From Intoshia linei (taxonomy: Eukaryota > Animalia > Orthonectida): DNA of 32,998 nt. The number at the start of each line of letters is the position of its first letter. Positions within the stretch are counted from its first letter, which is position 1. The stretch spans positions 1 to 32,998 of the forward strand of contig LWCA01000302.1 of the NCBI GenBank assembly GCA_001642005.1, given 5' to 3'. Below the pieces are notes generated by a model. The model saw only the letters and a program-made list of their open reading frames with translations. It did not search any database and was not told where the DNA came from. Below are positions 12,800 through 24,900 of the stretch, in pieces. The translations under genes were made by a program, and so were the position numbers.

Positions 12800-13620
12800 T
12801 AGATATATGATTTTCTATTGGATTTAGATTCAGTGAGCATAGTGGCCACGAAAGAGCATTAACATTTTTACGATTAAACCATTATTTAATCATTTTAGAC
12901 GAGTGTATATGTGGATTGACATGTTGGAATATTTTAAGATTAGTTTTGCAAGGAATTGAGTATTGATTTAGTATTTTTATATATTTTTCAGAGTTTAATT
13001 TTTCATTTGTAGAACACAATTTAGTTATATTTTTTTTTCGAAAATCCTACCAAACCATTATACTGTTTCATCTAGATTGTCGTCTAAACTTGGATAAGTA
13101 ATATTTCCTTATATTGTAGAAATAGTATGAATAACTATCAGGTCCATCTAGGTTTAATAATTTTTCATCGGAAAAGCGCATTTTATCACAATTAGACCAC
13201 ATGTATGTACGACCAAAAATTGACCTTTTTACTACTATTATTATATATAGAGTTTTATTAGGTTTTCATTTTTTATCATAACTCTTCTTTAAATATTCGG
13301 TAGAGAAACATAATTATTTGTGTATTATCCGCTTAGAAACTTAATTGAAAGAACATAAAATTTTATTAACTATCAGAAATACAGAAATTTAATGCCTCTC
13401 TTAATAAAAGTCTTCTTGCAGATGGATTTAACTTCTTTGGGTGTCCAATTTTACTATTTTATTTTTTTGATAAATGATTCTTAAGATAGTTTTGCATACA
13501 CTTTCGACTTTTTTCTAATCTTATTTTAATTTTTAACTGAATATGCTCTTCATTGAAGATAATATCTATTAAATACTTTTCGCGTTCATTGAAATATTTT
13601 TCTTTATACCTCTTTATCAA
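12800..13620 (-). mobile_element. Tc3-like DD34E transposase pseudogene
   Basis: Minus strand reads IGHPKKLNPSARRLLLREA..FSDEKLLNLDGPDSYSYY..SIMVW..LNSEKYIKIL..FQHVNPHIHSS..W..WPLCSLNLNPIEN. There are 34 residues between the mutated second Asp and the Glu, and several stops. Confidence 0.8.
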
Positions 13621-15473
13621 AATTTCTATAATCTGCATTTATTTATAAAATAAATATTTTTTTCAATTAAAAATTTAGTTTCAGTGTTGTTTAAAATTTT
13701 AAATGTAATTTATGCATTTTATGAGCTAATTAGATATGAATACTTGCAATTTCACATTACCCCTGGGATCCCATGTTTTAAATATATTAAAAACAATTGT
13801 AAATCATAAATTAACTTATTAATATATAAAAATATATTAATAAAGTTAACTCTACCTTAATATTCTATTAACTATCATATTGTCAAATTTACTGAAAATA
13901 TTAAATATCCAATAACGTTAGTAAATTTTATTTGCATATATTGTTAATAGGTAAGGTTTTTTGTATTTTAAAAGTTAGGAAAAACTTGCTTAAGTAAGTA
14001 TTAAATTATGACTTATAAGTTATAACAATGTTTAATGATTGTATTTAAATGTCAAGTGCTGCGATAAAAATAGATAAATTTCTATAATTTCCTTTAACCA
14101 TTAAAGGAAACAGAAACTAATCAATTAACTGAAAACAGATTCCACTGCTACCATTCTACATAGTAATGTAGATCTTTAATATACAAATAATGAAAAAAAA
14201 TTACTTTATAAGTTTTTTTTTTATATTTCAAAATGATCTTTGCGGAAAAAATTGTAAATGATAATGATTTGTTATTTTATACTTATAATCAACAAACAAA
14301 GTATAGTTAAGATCTAAAATTTCTTAGGCCTAGAAGAGATGACGTCAAAAATTGTTGATCATGTCATTAACTAATTAGATCATTATAATTATACCGATGA
14401 TACATTTTAGATGTTTGTATTTACAAGTTAGAATTCTGTATTGTTTGACTAGTATAATAATAATAAATAATGTCAAAATAATGCTATAATTTTTTCTAAA
14501 TTGTCTATCATGTTAATTTATAATTTAACAATAGATCTTTCACTAACAAAATAATTAAAAATATATTTTTCGATTAGAATCAACAATTTTTCATCTTCAA
14601 AAAATTTGAAAAATAATGATTGTGGTGTCGACAGCAGTAGCTGATCTAGATAGGTGCAAGGGAGCGCCTCGATAAATATTGCAATTTATTACCGGTTCGC
14701 TGTGAAAAAAGTCGAAACCCCTGCATTATACCAACTTGACATCAAATTAAAAAATAAAAACGATGGTAACAACAATTAAAATAAATTAAATATTTAAGTT
14801 TTAAAAATTATATTTACAATAACTTATTTGTTTGGGGTGGCCGGACTTTTTCAAAATGTACGCTTAAAAAACTATACCACGACTCTTAAGTGTATATTTC
14901 TCACCTTGTAGTACACTGTATTTTTGATTTAAAAAAAAAAGTTAACACCCTAATGGTGGTACTATGGGGAAAATTTTATATTAACTTAGTAAGTATTATA
15001 AGTGTTAGACATCACTTACAGTAAAGATAAAGTTTGTAGTAAAGTGTAGCTTGAATCAAACTTATTGACTGTTATGTACTTTGTACAAACAGCAGCTAGG
15101 TCTGACTTTTCCTGTTTATCATAGACTCACCATTATTCAAATGACAATGAAATTAAAAAACGAATTTAAAAAATAAAATGTTAATATAAGACATTTTTGC
15201 AATTTTTATAAATCAAAATAAAACATAAAATTGTAAAATTTGGTTACAATACTCTGATAATATAGTACTTTTAAATTGAGAATTTGAAATCCTAATTTTA
15301 AACAATGATAAAAACTTGCTCATAATAATACAAAACTAAGCTGGAAAAAAGATAACCACGTCCCAACATGAATGATAATACATATACAAATTTTGTAACG
15401 TAAATAAACTTGATTTTACATTGGACAGTAAATTCGTACAAGGATTTTACATTTGATAAATTATTACAACCTA

Positions 15474-18400
15474 ATGTTGGCACTTCGAGTCTTGAATGTG
15501 AATAATATTATTAAAATGGTATTCTAAATGAAACAATATTCAAATACACTTTAGCAATCATTGCGTACGTTTGGAATAAGTATAAACAAGTGTGCAATTC
15601 CAACTGGAACTGGAATGACTAAAACATTTAATAGAGACCGACCACACATGAATATTGGTACAATTGGACATGTTGATCATGGTAAAACAACCTTGACTGC
15701 AGCTATTACAAAAGGTTAACGTTGATGAATAAAAATTGATTGAGTCATTAGTACTGGCAAAAGAAGAAAAAAAAATTAACAAATTTGTAGCATATAATAA
15801 AATTGATAAAAGCCCTGAAGAACAACGACGTGGAATTACAATTAATCACACATCCATTGAATATAATACACCAAATCGTCACTATAGCCATATTGATTGT
15901 CCCGGGCATGCTGACTATATAAAGGTTTTTCGATTTTTATGGTAATATGTATAATTAGAATATGATTACTGGGGCTAATCAAATGGATGCCGCCATTTTG
16001 GTTGTCGCTGCCACTGACGGAACTATGCCTCAAACAAGAGAACATTTGCTTTTAGCGAAACAGGTATTTAGAAACTTTCTATTTTATTCAAATTTCAACC
16101 CTCAAATAGTAATGAACATTTTCCGCTATTTTATACCCATTTAATCATTGTATGAAACTTAATTAAAGCTTATTCTAGAGTAAAATGGAAAAATAATTAG
16201 TTTTCCTTTAGTTTCGCTTCCAAATAATTAGGAAATAAAAGGTTTTGTAATATAAAGTTTCTCATAAATTTTGTATATTACGTCGACCCTATGTTTTACT
16301 TTATTTAAATAACTACCCGTCTTAGAATTTTATAAAGTCCACATTTCAATTACAGTTTTTTCAACCTACCAAACTCACATCTACGTGTCAAAAACCCCAA
16401 TTGTTCTTTTTTTTGAAAATCAAACGAGTTGGAAAATTTAAAAAACGCTGATACGGATTTTAAAATCTTAAACATCATTAATTTAAATTTAAAAAAATGA
16501 TATCTTCAGGGCCAAAACCACAAATTACCCTTCTTTTTTTAATGAAAACAGCCTTAGAATTTAAAAAAATTTACAGGTGGTATAGTTGTATCCTGTTAAA
16601 ACACACAAAAAATTTCAATCCGAATAAGTGACGACTTCACGGTCAAAAAAGCATTTAATTCATATATTTTTTTCTGAAATATTTTATTAAAACAAAAAAT
16701 GTGAATAATTTACACGTCCGAAAATTAAAAAAAAGAAGATTATTATGATAGAGCTTATTCCAGTTGATATAAATACAATTTTCGAACAAAATATTTGAAC
16801 CACTGATTCGACAAATTTAAAAATATTTTTGGGATGAAAGAATTTAGTAGCAAAATTTAGTATAATTTAAATAAAATTGTATTACCAATTTCGATATCAT
16901 AAGTTATAATTCATAACTGCCAAATCCATTCCTGTGCAGAGGTTGTTAGGGCCACATGACATGACACATCGTTTTGAAATAATGTTAGAGGACTATTTTT
17001 TGGTAGAGAGATTCACCTCTGCGAATGATAATCAGATTAAAACTGGACCATACAAGTTTATTGTGTTGAAAACACTGGTTTACAACAGTTTCGCTTTCAT
17101 TTTTGGAAAATTAACTTATAATTTTAATTAATAATGAAAAATAGTTGAGTAAAAATTTTCAATATATATGAGTATTTCCCAGTGTGGGTAATGTTGCCCA
17201 AGGCGCACCTTAAAACATTTTCATTTTGGTATCATTACAAAATTTAATCTGAATTTATATTTTTTGAATTAAAAATTGTCCATCATAATTTATTAATATT
17301 TTAATACAAGGGTTTCCATACTTTTTTCACGATGGACCGGTAATAACTAAAAAATTTATCGCGGACCACTAAAGCGATGTTACTAGGCAACGTTAAAACA
17401 ATGTTGATAAAAAGCGTAATAAATTGACTTCTAATTAATAAATTAAGTTTTTCAAAAGTATTTCGCGAACCAGAACTGGTCCACGACCGGCAATTGGGAA
17501 ACGCTGATTTAATACTTACGATTTCAGTAATATTGTTTTAAATGATAGTTATCAAGGTTTGGATTCAGAAACTGTTAATTACTGGTTAACCTTTATCAAT
17601 TTATAAGATCTACTTAGTTTTTTATTATTAACATTGTTGAATGTAGACCGACCAAAGAAACTACCATAGAGCCTTATATACCATGTATATATTAATAATT
17701 TTAGATTGGAATCAAGAAACTCGTGGTTTACTTGAATAAAGCCGATGCAGCTGATGAAGAAATGATTGAATTGGTCGAAATGGAGATTCGCGATTTACTC
17801 AATGAATTTGGATACGCTGGAGATGAAACTCCAGTCGTAATTGGATCAGCGTTGTATGTTTTGGAGGTATTAAAATAAAAATATGCTGATATTTAAATGT
17901 ATATTAGGGAAAGGATCCAAAAATCGGTATTGATTCCATCAAAAAATTGGTAAAGGCTCTCGATGAATATCTAGAACTACCAGAACGACAATTGGATAAA
18001 CCTCTTTTGTTTCCCATTGAGAAAGTACATTCAATTACAGGACGTGGAACTGTAGCTGTCGGGAACATACTGAGAGGTGAATTGAGCAAAGGCATGGAAG
18101 TCGAAATTTTGGGACATGGCAACAAACGAAAAACTGTAGTAACAAGTATTGAAATGTTTCACAAAACCTTGGACAAAGCGCAAGCGGGTGATACACTGGG
18201 ATGTCTATTGCGCGGAGTCAAAAGAGACGAAATCCAAAGAGGAGACGTTATAATTAAACCCGGAACTTTGTCGAATGCAAATGCATTTGAAGGATCACTG
18301 TACATTTTAACAGAAGAAGAAGGCGGAAGAAAAGACCCAGCAATAACTAAAGCAGTATATCAAATGTACTTTAATACAGTAACATCCGCTTTTACATTTA

Positions 18401-18651
18401 TGACTGATGAAAACAAGGTTATCATGCAAGGTGAACATTTAACCACACAATTTTTACTTTTAAAGTCCTACGGATTAGAAGTTGGTACCAGATTTACTGT
18501 CAGGGATGGAAGCAAAACTATTGGATATGGATTGATTAGTAAAATTTTGAAACAAGTCGATTCTGAACATTTTATGGAAAAGAGGAAAATTGAAAAAAAA
18601 TTAATCAAGCGTAAACAAAAAGCTGAAGCTAAGGCTGCAGGATTAATATAA
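15474..18651 (+). CDS. TUFM: Mitochondrial elongation factor Tu, 6 exons: 15474-15518, 15555-15714, 15752-15924, 15959-16063, 17705-17866, 17908-18651 (462 aa)
   Basis: N-terminal transit-peptide-like [21 protein letters not shown], then [55 protein letters not shown] and RFTVRDG. Five GT-AG introns keep the frame. Confidence 0.95.
16290..16735 (+). mobile_element. Helitron internal copy in EF-Tu intron 4
   Basis: Reverse complement of the 1190-1800 and 24390-24815 bodies (e.g. TTTCAATCCGAATAAGTGACGACTTCACGGTCAAA). Termini missing. Confidence 0.7.
17307..17506. mobile_element. 200-bp hAT-type MITE in EF-Tu intron 4
   Basis: Ends CAAGGGTTTCCA / TGGGAAACGCTG; 8-bp TSD ttttaata/atttaata; subterminal GGACC motifs. 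Confidence 0.65.
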
Positions 18652-18971
18652 TTGATTTGTTAATAAAATATTTGATACTTTTATTTATTAATCAGTTGTA
18701 TTGTAAAGATTAAATAATTTATACATGGTGATCATTAGTATCAATCGATTCTATGAGTTTCAAATAAAATTAACATTATTTAGCGATTAATTTATCAGTT
18801 TACGAAAGTATCTATGCAATCTCATATTAATACCGGATAAACAAATAATTTGTTAAGTAATGTGCAGCCATGTATACTACTGCTTACCAATTGATAAATA
18901 CAATTGTATAATGTTTTAGAGATATAAATACTTTTATAAATTCCAGACTTTGTAACTTGACACTTTTTAAA

Positions 18972-21900
18972 ATGATTCAATTTTTGTTTTTTTTCACATT
19001 TTATCTCGCCTCGGTATCTGGCCATCAATTGAATGTCATCTCGGTGGCTACTTCGGAAAATGAAGGACTTGAAAGAATGGTCCAGTCAGCGAAAATGCAT
19101 AATTTTAATGTAGAGGTAACCTTTCCTTCTATAATGAATTACCCTCATGATTGTAGACCCGAGCCATATGGCCCCTAGCCCTCTACACGGCCTTGAATAT
19201 AAGCTAATAAGTGTATAACAAAAAAATTTAAGGGGCGGTGGAATATTTTTATGACGCTGCGGGACGCTATGGTCAAAAAGGTTAGGAATCACTGATGTAG
19301 ACAATGGACATACATTATAAAATGTGTGAATGAAATATTATATTGCCATCTTTTGGATCACAATAAACAAGATTTTATCAAGATTAATATTTTTTCTATG
19401 AAAACTGGTTCTTTATGTAATGTATAATATAATAATATACATTGTACGTGTATATTGGTAAGTCCTTAAAATATATATACAGTTTATAAAAAAACTGTAA
19501 AATCCTTTTTGTATCAACTTAAAAATATTGAATAATGTTACGAATTATTATTAGACTCTACATTTAAAACCGTTATTTTTCCGTTTACCGTGAATGTAAA
19601 AGTATAAAAAAATGTTTACAATAGTGACTGTTTTTCAAATCGAAAAGTTGTAATTTCATAGCTCAAAGAGTAAACGGTTCCACCGCTAAAGTCATATAAA
19701 GTACTTAACATTTTTTATAGAATTTTAATTCACTGTAAATATAAATGAACAATTTTAGGTAATAGGGTCAAATCGTGAATGGACTGGAGGTGATATAGTC
19801 GATTATTCCGGTGGAGGTCAAAAAATCAACATTTATAAAGAATACTTTAAGAATAATACCTCCAAATTTAACAAAGATGACATTTTGTTGCTGGTAGATG
19901 CGTAATAATAATTTCATAATTATGAAATAATGTATTATAAATAATAATACAATATACAGTCAATCCTGTTCAATATGAACATGAGGGTACCAAAATGTAT
20001 TAGTTTTCATATTATCATGGTAAGTGAACAGTTAAAAAGATATACAAAAAACAATTGAACTTTAAATGTTAAAGTTAATTTTTTATTTACTACTGTTAAA
20101 AATGCTGAAAATTATGTGAACATAAAAAAATGTTTATTATGTGTGGTGTTTATGTTGAACAGGAACAATATAAGTAATGTAAAGTGGGCGTTGATGAGAG
20201 CCGAACGAATCATGTTATAGCTCCGTAAAATGAAAAATATGTAGCTAAAAAGTTTAAATTTTTGTATTTTTTTGCCATATTTTCATTCAATACACCCTAT
20301 TATCATGGAGCTCCTAGATTCTGAGATCTGTGTGACACCTTAGTGAATATATATAATGCATTCTAATTTTTTTTATTATTGAAAATCCCGTCACTGTTTG
20401 ATTGATGATTAATTTTCCTTGACTTGGTAACCGATTATTCGAGGTTGAACCCTCGCATTGCAAGGATATCTAGTTATTGTTGCTTACTATACTGAAAATT
20501 TTAACAGAATTTTTTATAAAGTAATTTTTAATTAAAATAATGACAAATCACTACATTTATTTTTATTTTTCCTCCGAAAAAAACTGATTTCAAATTTTGT
20601 TTTTATCAATAAATGATTGCACACACTGACATACACACATTTTTAGCAACTTTTACTTTATATAAGTAAGAACAATAAAGTTATTTTTTTCTAAATTGAC
20701 CACTTTTAACGACAAGTGGTTAGTTTTGTGAGGGCTTCGTTGAATGACATTAATTATGATGATTATGATGATTAATTATAATTAATATTACTATCTTACA
20801 AGAGAGTAAATTTTTAAATATTTAATTTGACTCATATAGTTTAGAATTTCAGAATTTCCGGTTTGCAAACCTTTTAGTTATCAGTCTTCTTTACATAATA
20901 AAAAATTAATCTATTTAAAATTTTTTTTTAATGTTTGTGTGTCCACTTTATCGATTTATCTTTTTCTCCAAGGTTTTAGATGATATTTTTAAATTACCAG
21001 TCAATTTGATTTAATTTTTACTTTCAAAATTAAGAAAAATAATTATAATTTTTATAGTTGTTGCTTTTGAGAGTTTAAAAAAATTTGATAAATTTATACT
21101 ATTTTTATGAAGGGTCATTTTTGTAAAATAATATTATTTAGATATGATATAGTGTTTGTACAAGACAGTTTACAAGTATTGGAGAAATTCAAAAAAATGA
21201 AAGCAGACGTAGTTTTTGGAGCAGAAATGTTTTGTTGGCCTAATGCTTTACTAGCTGTAATTATTTAATTCATTATTAATAGTATTAAATGAGTCATTGA
21301 CAGTTATGTGTTAAAATCATGTACATATATTTATTTACCGCGGGCTTTAACTATTCGTCCATTCCGTTATTAACTCAAAAAAAATTTAGTTATTATGATT
21401 TTCATAGAAATCTTGCGTTATACCCAAATATTTTGCAAAATTAATCCAAAAAATATTTTCATGTCAGGGTTATTATCTATTAATAAAATGTAATTTTCAA
21501 AAAAAATAAAAAAAAATTAAATTAACTGTAGGGTGACGTGTATTAAATTATAAACGGATGTAACATTGTATATGGCAAACGGGAGAATTGACGTAATACA
21601 AATGGGACGAAATCTAGATAAAATAATATTTTAAGTATTAACAAGTATTGAAAGTAAGTGAGTCATTAAGTAAAATGTATTTTTATTGTCATATACAAAT
21701 TTGTACATTAAATTTGACAGTATTGTCTTAGAAACTAGCTTCTACCCTTCGCCAATAGGCGAATAGGTTAGGCTTCATTGTACATTTTACATATGTAATA
21801 CATACTACGTGTTATATTAATAATTTATATTTGTGTATTTAGCAAAAATATGACTACGTGAATAACGATGAATATAGATTTTTAAATTCTGGTGGATTTA

Positions 21901-24900
21901 TTGGGTACTATTGGGCTATAGAACAAATATTAAATTGTGGTTCAATAAAAGATGATGATGATGATCAGTTATATTTTGTTGAGATTTATTTGGACCATTT
22001 GCATCAAGAAAAAGAAAAGAAAGTATTTTAATTGTTTTTATATTATGTCATTATGTTATTAGAACTGGATAAATATAAAATTAGACGTCAAAGCTGAAAT
22101 ATTTTTAAATTTACATGGAAATAAGAGTAATTGAATTATACATGTTTGTATATGATAATGATAATAATAAATAAAAAGTTTTATATACGGTAGGCAAAGT
22201 CTACTCTTTTTCCCTCTCCTTTCTAATAAAGATTAATACTTTTTTATTCTACTATCCTTGTGAGGTTATCTTGTACATGTAAAACACATGGTGCAGTTAT
22301 CTTTACACAAAAATAAGACAATTTAAAAATACTGACTAAAAAGTAGTCCATAGTTACACATGACAATTGTGATTTTTATGGAGTTTTATAAAAAAAAATA
22401 TTTTATGTTTTCGTTGACAGGCAACACCAGAAAAAAATAATATATGTCTTGGGTTAAAAATTAGTCTTAAAAATTCATCTAAAATCCATGTAACTCTGAT
22501 TTATATAATGAAAAAAGATGTTATGAAATGAAAATTGCACATATATTACATATTAATTATATTAATACATATGAAAGCACTATAATATATCTATTAATTT
22601 AGATAACGTAATGTTGTTTTATGAAGATTTGCAGTTTAGTGTCAAAAATTTTAAAACTAATCAACATGCCGCAATTTTGCATGGAAATGGTAGAAGTAAG
22701 GTAATTTAGATGATAAATACAGATTAATATTATATTTATATATAATTATATATTTATAAGGTAATTTTGAATCGATTTTCAAATTATATAAACAATGCAT
22801 GGACCTACAATGAAGGTTGCATTTCATGCGGAAAAGATTCTATAGAATTCCCCGGTAAATTAAAGGTAATTTATTATTACGTGTAGAATGATACGATTAG
22901 TAAAATGACTAAATTAATATGTATACATATACAATGTATATTATACATACATAATATATATTTTACCTGTATTTGTTATGAAAAATGTGTTTTATAATGA
23001 ATTAATTAAAATTAAAATTTATTTTGGTTAAAATTATGAGAGTTGCAATTAATACTATATTTTAGCTTGAAGAATACCCCATCATATTAATATCTATCTC
23101 TATTGAAAACGTCACTCCATTTTTGCATATATTTTTTGAAAAAATTTCACAAATAGATTATCCAAAATCCAGAATGCACATTTTAATATCGAAATACGTA
23201 ATTATTATTACAAGTTACTAATATATTTATACAAATTATTTATACAAGTATTTATGAAAATTAACAATAAATGTAGACGCTATTACAGTGTTCATTTGTC
23301 ACTGAATTTATCAATAAAAATAAAGATTATGCATCAATTACTAAATTTCAATTTGATGTTGAAAATAATAGCGATCAAGATATAAATAATTCATTCAATA
23401 AACCAATGTAATTTTTTAAATCAAAATCTGAATGAATTATTCAAATCATTTTAAAAGTTATAAATTGTAACGAAATAACTTTAAAATTTAAACTTTCAAA
23501 GGTGGTATTTAAAAATTTTATATTTAATTTTTATTTTTTTAATTTCAAATTTTTAATTTAGATCCGAATGTAAGTTGAGAAACTGTGATTACGTTCTATT
23601 AGTGAATTCACTATCACATATTGACGAAACAAAAATATTACATTATTTAATACAAGCAAATAAGTATTTATTATCATTATTTATTATTATTGATACATAA
23701 TTTATATTAAAATTGTAAAATATATTTGAATACATCTTAGAAAAGTCATAACTCCATTAATGCACAGATTTGAAGCACCCTGGTCTACATTTTGGGGTGA
23801 TATTGGTCCAACTGGATTTTATGAAAAATCGGATGATTATTACGATATTGTCAATTCGCATAAAATGTAATTGTTTATTATAATTATACACTTATTAATA
23901 AGATTTGAATTAACATGTTATTCACTTTAGAGGCATATGGAATGTTCCCTATGTGCAAGGATTTATTCTTATGAAATCATCTGTATTCAATACTGTGAAG
24001 TTTTTAAATGATCCTAAATATGGGTTAGAACAAGACCTTTCTCTGTGCAAATCATTACGCGATAATGTATATTTTAAAATTTCAATTAATTTGTACATTT
24101 TTTTTAAATGAAATATAGGTTGACCAAGTTAAGAGTCGTTGAATTTAAAAAATATAAATTCTGGTACGCTTTTTAAAAGCATTAACATTGTCGTATAACT
24201 CAACCTTAGAAACTTTTTTTTAGAATTGTATCATGAATATTTACTTTTTTAATTTTAATCTAAATATTTGAAAAATATTGGTTGATAATATATTAATTAT
24301 TTTTCACCGGGAACGCGTAGATTTCTGGAGTTGAAATTTTGTAATTATATTAACTGGCATAAGCTTTATCAGATTAATCTTTTTTTTTTTTAATTTTCGG
24401 ACATTAATTATTTCACATTTTTTGTTTCAATAGAATATTTCGGAAAAAAATATATGAATATCAAAATGCTTTTTTGACCGTGAAGGCGTCACTCATTCAG
24501 ATTGAAATTTTTTGTGTGTTAACAGGATGCAAATGTACCACATGTAAATTGTTTTAAATTCTAGAGCTGTTTTCATTAAAAAAAAGGGTAATTTGTGGTT
24601 TTGGCCCTGAACATATATTTTTTTAAATTTAAATTTTAAATGTTTTAAATTCTCGAACTCGTTTGATTTTCAAAAAAGTACAAATGGGATTTTTGACCCG
24701 TAAGATGTGAGTTTGGGAGGTTGAAATTTAAATTGCTAACACTCCGAAAAAAACTGTAATTGAAATGTGGACTTTATAAAATTCTAAGACTGGTACTTAT
24801 TGAAATAAACGGTAATACACACACAAAAACAAATATTGCATATCATATTATATAAGTAAGGATGTAGTTTATAATTTTATATATTTAGGGAATTTTTATG

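Noticed and set aside
6590-17085. Recurring GG(G)AACCACT-like motifs (about 6601, 6928, 8589, 16795, 17067) as a regulatory element
   Set aside because: They match the reverse complement of the hAT terminus CAGTGGTTCCCAA (seen at about 31401) and are best explained as orphan MITE ends.
15474-18651. EF-Tu as a bacterial contaminant or horizontally transferred tuf
   Set aside because: It has five spliceosomal introns, a transit-peptide-like N-terminus and animal gene neighbours.
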